A stretch of DNA of 32,000 bases from the NCBI RefSeq assembly GCF_000015585.1, contig NC_008789.1:1680001-1712000 (forward strand), written 5' to 3'. Origin of the DNA: Halorhodospira halophila SL1 (lineage in GTDB: Bacteria; Pseudomonadota; Gammaproteobacteria; Nitrococcales; Halorhodospiraceae). Positions within the stretch are counted from its first letter, which is position 1. Each line of letters opens with the position of its first letter. Positions 27,108-32,000 of this stretch are shown here, one piece after another. The notes beneath the pieces are model-generated. The model made no database searches. It was not told where the DNA came from and saw nothing but the letters and a program-made list of their open reading frames with translations. Made by a program: the position numbers and the translations under genes.

Positions 27108-28340
27108 ATGCCCGCCATCGATCCCATTCCAAAGATGCCGCTACTCACACAAACGCTATGGCGCGGCACAGGCCGGGACAAACTGCATTATCCGTCGGTG
27201 CTTGATCGACCTAACCTGTACCACTTTAACTGGGCGCGGGAAGGACTCGAAATGGCCCTCCGCGCTTTGGGTCTCAAACCGAACGATGAAGTGCTGCTGC
27301 CCGCCTACCACTGTTTATCCATGATTACGCCGGTACTGCGCGCCGGCGGTCAGCCAACCTTCTACCCGGTCCAAGCCGATACACGCATCGAAGTCTCTGA
27401 ACTCAGTCGCCACATTACAGCGCGGACCCGCGTCGTCATAGCTCCCTACTTCTTCGGTTTCGACCAACCCATGAGCGCCATTAGGGAACTCTGTGATCGA
27501 TCCGGAGTGACCTTGATCGAAGACTGCGCCCACGCCCTGTACGGCACACCGGGGGGCCAACCCGTTGGCTCAATCGGTCACTACGCAGTGGCCAGCCCTT
27601 GGAAATTCCTACCCGTGACTCGGGGCGGCTGCCTGGTCGTGAATGATCCCGTCACCCATCCGGCCCCCAAGATGCCCGCCGGACCAACGGCCCGCGCCGA
27701 ACTTAAGGACGGCCTCAACACCCTTGAACGTTCCATGGACTATGGGCGACTGCCCCTGCTCAACCCCTTCTTGCGGCCTATCCTGTCGCTAAGCGAAGCG
27801 CTCTCGCGCCGCCGCCACTCCACTCAGGGGGTAGAAGCCGATTCACGCCCATTGGACGAATCAATCGCTTGGGCTGACCCGCCCCCGGCACCCCTGAGTC
27901 GCGTCGGTCGTTGGTTGCTACAACATAGCGACCGAATGGCTCAGTGCGAACTGAGGCGTGAATACTACCTGCGCCTGGCCGAGGCCTGGCGCGACCTGCC
28001 GGGGGCCACCCTCCTCCACAGACGATTACCCGACCATGTCGTTCCTCAGGTCGTACCCTTAACCACGCGGAACCCCCGGGACTTCGCGGCGGCGCTGCTT
28101 TCCGAGGGCATACCGGTTATCCGGTTCGGTGGGCAACTGTGGCCACGAACGCCCCCGCAGACATGCACGAATGCGCCCATGCTATCCGCTTGCGTATTCC
28201 AGTTTCCGTGCCACCCAAGCTTGACCACCGCGGAGGTCGACTCGATCGCAAGACGCGTGCGAGCAATCCTGCTCAACACCCCATCCGGTACCCCCTCGCC
28301 CCGGGATTACGGCCGATCAGCGGAGATGGAACAACCATGA
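27108..28340 (+). CDS. DegT/DnrJ/EryC1/StrS-like PLP-dependent sugar aminotransferase (or dehydratase)
   Basis: The ATG at 27108 is 2 nt after the GT2 stop. EVLLPAYHCLSMITPVLRAGGQPTFYPV, TRVVIAPYFFG, LIEDCAHALYG and VASPWKFLPVTRGG (candidate PLP Lys) follow the DegT pattern. Confidence 0.7.
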   Translation: MPAIDPIPKMPLLTQTLWRGTGRDKLHYPSVLDRPNLYHFNWAREGLEMALRALGLKPNDEVLLPAYHCLSMITPVLRAGGQPTFYPVQADTRIEVSELSRHITARTRVVIAPYFFGFDQPMSAIRELCDRSGVTLIEDCAHALYGTPGGQPVGSIGHYAVASPWKFLPVTRGGCLVVNDPVTHPAPKMPAGPTARAELKDGLNTLERSMDYGRLPLLNPFLRPILSLSEALSRRRHSTQGVEADSRPLDESIAWADPPPAPLSRVGRWLLQHSDRMAQCELRREYYLRLAEAWRDLPGATLLHRRLPDHVVPQVVPLTTRNPRDFAAALLSEGIPVIRFGGQLWPRTPPQTCTNAPMLSACVFQFPCHPSLTTAEVDSIARRVRAILLNTPSGTPSPRDYGRSAEMEQP

Positions 28341-29416
28341 GCACCAGATACCCGTGGACTGTCGAGCGACTCGACTTGAACTCCAACGAGCTTCTCCCCG
28401 ATGACTGGCAGCGACTCAATCAACGCTGTTGTGGCGCCCACCCGCTGTTATCCGCCGATTTCTTCACCGCTCTGCTCCGCCACTTTCCTGGCGAAGACGT
28501 CTACCTAGCCGCGCTGCATGATCGCGAGCTACCGATCGCTATGGCGCTGTTAACCCCCCTCACCGCGATGCGCTGGGCACTCTACCATCCGAGCCAGGCC
28601 CCTTTGGGACCCATCCTGCTCGATTCGTCACAAGTGGATCCCGATCGCGCCCTGGCAGACCTCCTCGATACCCTACCGGGGCAGACCCTGCAACTGGATT
28701 TAACTCAGCTAGATCCCACTTTTTTCCCTGTGGCGTTCGACTCGAATCGAGTCGAGAGGATCCACTATGTCACGACTATGGCGGTATCCCCTGAGGGCAG
28801 CTTCGAAACATACTTAAGCAACCGACCGCGCAAGTTACGCTCCAACCTGCGACGCTACCGGCGCCGACTCGAAGAGGCAGGCATGCAAATCGAACTGAAG
28901 TGCCTGACCGACCCGCAGGCGGTAGCAGAGACAGTCGATGAGCACGGCAGATTGGAGAGTTCCGGATGGAAGGGTGAAATCGGCACGGCCATGCGCCCGG
29001 ACAACTCTCAAGGACGATTTTATCGTGACTTGATGAAAGATCATGCATATGAGGGTAAGGGGTGGGTTTATTGTCTAAACGTCGACGGCAGCATTGCCGC
29101 CACTTGGCTGGTCATCCGAGGCGGTGGCATGATCTCGATGCTAAAAACCGCCTATGATGAATCCCTTGCCAAGTACTCAGTGGGTCGAGTCCTCCTAGTT
29201 GAGACCTTGGAGGAGTTGTTTAAGATCGATGGCGTCCAAAGCATAGAGTTCTACACGAATGCCAATGCGGATCAACTGGAGTGGGCGACGGATAGCCGTT
29301 CGATCGAGCACCTCAATTTTTACCGCCACCAGGCCGTACAGCGGTCACGTGCGGCGGCACGCCGGGCAAACCAGGTATTCAGGCAGATCCAGGCCGTTTG
29401 GAAGCGAAAACCTTGA
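28337..29416 (+). CDS. Second CelD/BioF2-like (FemAB-related) GNAT-fold acyltransferase
   Basis: The ATG at 28337 overlaps the upstream stop (ATGA). RKLRSNLRRYRRRLEE...HGRLESSGWKGEIGTAM...FYRDLM...IAATWLVIRGGGMISMLKTAYDES resembles the same domain as the 11439-12575 product. Confidence 0.65.
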   Translation: MSTRYPWTVERLDLNSNELLPDDWQRLNQRCCGAHPLLSADFFTALLRHFPGEDVYLAALHDRELPIAMALLTPLTAMRWALYHPSQAPLGPILLDSSQVDPDRALADLLDTLPGQTLQLDLTQLDPTFFPVAFDSNRVERIHYVTTMAVSPEGSFETYLSNRPRKLRSNLRRYRRRLEEAGMQIELKCLTDPQAVAETVDEHGRLESSGWKGEIGTAMRPDNSQGRFYRDLMKDHAYEGKGWVYCLNVDGSIAATWLVIRGGGMISMLKTAYDESLAKYSVGRVLLVETLEELFKIDGVQSIEFYTNANADQLEWATDSRSIEHLNFYRHQAVQRSRAAARRANQVFRQIQAVWKRKP

Positions 29417-30617
29417 GTGCCTTCCGCCCCACTTGGCGGGCCACCAACGCAGAGGAGGTGGACAAATTCTGCCACGCTGGCTGGACGTCTCGCCACGCCC
29501 ATAAGGCGTCCCGGGTGGAATTCACAAAATCCGCCCCGAAGGTGCCCACATCCTTTGCCGCACTGGCTAGTGATACTTCGCCTTGGGTCACGCCCGAGAA
29601 GAGCTCAGGCAACCGCCTCAGGTCTCCCCCTAGCCACCGCATACGTTGGCCAACCGGGTAGGAATCCGGAATCTCCGGCTCCTTGCCATGAAGTAGTTGC
29701 CAGGCATAGTAAGGGAAAGCAACTCCGCACTGGATCGGCAACCCAATCGACCCCCAGCAGCGGCCGTTGATCTCCATCAAAGCGGCCCGTCCAGATGCTG
29801 CATCATAGCGCATCTCCACCATCGCCAGCCCCTGCCACTCCAGCGCCTTCAGCAGTTCCACAGCGTAACTGCGCAACACTGGATCCGGCCTTTCACTAAC
29901 GCAACGCACCGCAACACCACCGCTGCGTGGGAGCTCCTTGAGACGGCGATGCTGAAATATCGTCACCGGTCTACCCCGGTCCATCAGCACCTCAACACCG
30001 ACCCCACTTCCCGGAACGTACTCCTGGACCATCCACTCGGTACCCCACGCGCTGTGGGCGTTCAGAAAATCCTGCAGCTCGCTGTGTCGATTAAAATAGC
30101 GGATGCGTACCGGACTGGGCCTGCCACGATCTGAGGGTTTAACCACAACCGGGAAATGCAGATTTTCAATCCAGCTCTCTGGCTCTTCATCGGCGCGAAT
30201 GTAAAGGGTCCGCGGCATAGGCACCCCGAGACGCTCGGCTACAGCTAGGGTTCCCGACTTATCCAGAACGCTTCGCGCCCGCTCTTTGTCCGGGTACATG
30301 CGCAGAATGCGCTCACCGAGTACGTCATCACAAGCCGCTAAAGCGCTAAGAGCACCATCGCCGACTGGCACTACGGTATCGATACCGTAGCGATCAACAG
30401 CCCCAAGGAGGCTCTCACAGAAAGCATCAAGCGAGTCATCTGGATGCTCGAGCGTCAGATATCCTTCGAGGGCTTTCGTTTTGATTGACGCTCCCTCGCC
30501 GGAAAAACAAGCCCCATAGACTGGGATTCCCTTGCCACTCAGACAACGCGCGACGGGCACCACAATCCGCGGGAAATGCCCCAGCAGCAGGGTGGCAGGC
30601 GGTCTGTCAATCTTCAT
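29379..30617 (-). CDS. ATP-grasp ligase (carboxylate-amine ligase type)
   Basis: 412 aa. It has a pre-ATP-grasp Rossmann-like N-terminus, then FPVVVKPSD, WMVQEYVPGSGVGVEVL and LAMVEMRYDAASGRAALMEINGRCWGS (Mg/ATP-binding E-x-N). Its ATG directly abuts the hydrolase 1 stop (TGAATG). Confidence 0.8.
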   Translation of the reverse strand: MKIDRPPATLLLGHFPRIVVPVARCLSGKGIPVYGACFSGEGASIKTKALEGYLTLEHPDDSLDAFCESLLGAVDRYGIDTVVPVGDGALSALAACDDVLGERILRMYPDKERARSVLDKSGTLAVAERLGVPMPRTLYIRADEEPESWIENLHFPVVVKPSDRGRPSPVRIRYFNRHSELQDFLNAHSAWGTEWMVQEYVPGSGVGVEVLMDRGRPVTIFQHRRLKELPRSGGVAVRCVSERPDPVLRSYAVELLKALEWQGLAMVEMRYDAASGRAALMEINGRCWGSIGLPIQCGVAFPYYAWQLLHGKEPEIPDSYPVGQRMRWLGGDLRRLPELFSGVTQGEVSLASAAKDVGTFGADFVNSTRDALWAWRDVQPAWQNLSTSSALVARQVGRKALKVFASKRPGSA

Positions 30618-31532
30618 TCAGCACCCATCACGACGGCTCGCTTCAAGCCACTGCAGCGTCCATTCCGCCACCTGATTGCGCCAGACGGCACGAGAGAAGG
30701 TGTGATCCGCTCCCTCCAGGCGGCGGGTAGTAACTCGTTCCTGATCAAGCAGCCCAAGCCACGAGTCGTTTCGTGTCGCCGTATCGACAAACTCGGCCGC
30801 AGTCAGGTCGTCTCCGCTAAGCACGAGCAGGATCGGCCCGTCGAAGCGGCGCCAGCCGGCTGCCATGCGCACCGGGAGAGGATCCCCAGGGGCCAAACCT
30901 GCTGACTGACCCTCCGGCCAATGGCCACGCCGCGCATTCGCCCGCAGGACAACAGCTACCTTTTCCATTAGCCCGCGGGCAGATCTCGTCAGACTGAGTC
31001 GCCCCGTGAGGAGGCGCATCCAGAAGTCCCCACTGAACAGTTGCCGCCAGTAGTAGTGGCGCAGATAAGCACTGGCAATCCCGGCCTCAGTGCGCACCCA
31101 AGGATTGAGGAGCACAAGCCCGCTGATTCGGCGATCCTGCGACGCATAGAGCAATGCCGCGGAGGCCGCATCACACAACCCCCAAACCACAACCTCGCGA
31201 ACCGCTGGAGTAAGCCGCTGAAACTCATCGATCGCGCAGCCGATATCCGTCTCTACAGCGTCGTAGCCGCGCTGCTCGCCACCCGCATCTCCCATGCCTC
31301 GATAGTCAAAACGAAAGACCGGAACCCCGTGCTCCGCTAGGTAGCGGGCGAGCAGGAGAAACTGTCGGTGACTACCGATCCGATACTGCGGACCACCGAC
31401 GACCAACAGAAGACCACGCTCAGCGCTTTGCAACGGGCGGTGGAGGATGCCGGGCAACTCTTCCCCTTCAATGCGGAAGACGGTCGCCTCCTCCAGTGCC
31501 TCAGCACAGGCTAGCCGTGTTGCACTTGCCAT
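30618..31532 (-). CDS. Alpha/beta-fold hydrolase (hydrolase 1, exosortase A system-associated type) with Cys in the nucleophile elbow
   Basis: 304 aa. The elbow is VVWGLCDAAS (Cys120, codon 31173-31175) where G-x-S-x-G is expected. Downstream are LVLSGDDL (acid) and EGADHTF (His). Confidence 0.75.
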   Translation of the reverse strand: MASATRLACAEALEEATVFRIEGEELPGILHRPLQSAERGLLLVVGGPQYRIGSHRQFLLLARYLAEHGVPVFRFDYRGMGDAGGEQRGYDAVETDIGCAIDEFQRLTPAVREVVVWGLCDAASAALLYASQDRRISGLVLLNPWVRTEAGIASAYLRHYYWRQLFSGDFWMRLLTGRLSLTRSARGLMEKVAVVLRANARRGHWPEGQSAGLAPGDPLPVRMAAGWRRFDGPILLVLSGDDLTAAEFVDTATRNDSWLGLLDQERVTTRRLEGADHTFSRAVWRNQVAEWTLQWLEASRRDGC

Positions 31533-32000
31533 CGCGTGGTTTCCTCAATCAAGGCAGGTGCCGTACCAATCTCCTGGGTTGCCCAAAACGGCTCCCCGGG
31601 GAGGGCTTGTGCCTCCACCCGCACTTCTTGACTGCGCCAGCCCTGAACGATCCGCTGGCTAGCCGGAGAGAGCGAAGCCCCGCTTCCCTCCTCCTCACTA
31701 GAGCCGGACACCTCCAACCACAGAACTGAATCAGCCGGCGGCTGAAGGCGCGCACGATTAAGGGCTGCAGCTAACTGCGGGTGCAGAGTGTAGCCGGCAA
31801 TCTCCAGGGGCTCGCCCTGTTCCAACCGCTCTCGCAACGCTCGCGTAGTCTCGGCCGCCTCGCCGTTGAGCATGCCAGAAGCCATCCTCAGGCGTAAGAA
31901 TTGAGTCAAAAAGTGCTGACCATTGACCACCGGCTGCCAGAGTATGACGCCCCGCAGCGAAAAAGGCAGCCGTTCGGCCAAGTCAACCGCCAGCAGACAT
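31511..32000 (-). CDS. C-terminal part of a second alpha/beta-type hydrolase (hydrolase 2, exosortase A system-associated type); the 5' end lies outside the window
   Basis: The reading frame stays open to the window edge. The listed M at 31981 is a TTG inside the frame (upstream codons read ..LLAVDLAERLPF). The call rests on its position upstream of and overlapping hydrolase 1, plus GVILWQPVVNG. Confidence 0.55.
   Translation of the reverse strand, partial: CLLAVDLAERLPFSLRGVILWQPVVNGQHFLTQFLRLRMASGMLNGEAAETTRALRERLEQGEPLEIAGYTLHPQLAAALNRARLQPPADSVLWLEVSGSSEEEGSGASLSPASQRIVQGWRSQEVRVEAQALPGEPFWATQEIGTAPALIEETTRWQVQHG

Noticed and set aside
1-32000. Search for CRISPR arrays, tRNA/rRNA genes, IS elements, integrases, long direct or inverted terminal repeats, and PEP-CTERM substrate proteins.
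   Set aside because: Reading the sequence and the ORF track, I found no regularly spaced repeats. I saw no cloverleaf-like or rRNA-like conserved stretches and no DDE or tyrosine-recombinase-like ORFs. I also saw no C-terminal PEP + TM + Arg-cluster sorting signal. A computational repeat or tRNA scan was not possible, so short or degenerate elements could have been missed.

Overview
High-GC window (hand counts of 60-nt lines give about 63-67% GC in most genes), almost certainly proteobacterial. It is filled by an exopolysaccharide and glycoconjugate biosynthesis locus of the PEP-CTERM/exosortase-A (XrtA) type. I saw no rRNA, tRNA, CRISPR array, transposase or integrase.

Modules in order:
1. 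8-4859 (-): a secreted beta-helix protein and a 1131-aa membrane protein that fuses three VanZ-like repeats to an O-antigen-ligase-like domain.
2. 4986-11439: a module resembling the decaprenyl-phosphate-arabinose pathway (HAD-UbiA, DprE1-like, DprE2-like SDR, epimerase, FAD oxidoreductase, GtrA, GT-C transferase). It looks damaged. One internal deletion of about 1.3-1.4 kb joins UbiA to DprE1, and three +1 frameshifts all lie in homopolymer runs.
3. 11439-15144: a CelD/FemAB-like GNAT, a NodB deacetylase and an exosortase-A-type O-glycosylation ligase-like protein.
4. 15156-23115: a block of lower and mosaic GC (43-53% in sampled lines). It holds an AsnB-like PP-loop enzyme without the Cys nucleophile, a sugar-transfer-type ATP-grasp, a Trp-rich orphan, an MsbA/PglK-like ABC exporter, a sulfotransferase and a 735-bp non-coding stretch.
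5. 23116-32000: the function-unknown 'exosortase A system-associated' set. The AMP-forming ligase and PLP decarboxylase are on the + strand; hydrolase 2, hydrolase 1 and an extra ATP-grasp are on the - strand. A GT2/DegT/GNAT block splits the two halves.

The best candidates for undescribed biology are the ligase/decarboxylase/hydrolase/ATP-grasp set, the low-GC island with its orphan proteins, and the VanZ x3-ligase fusion. All family assignments come from motif recognition by eye; no database search was run.
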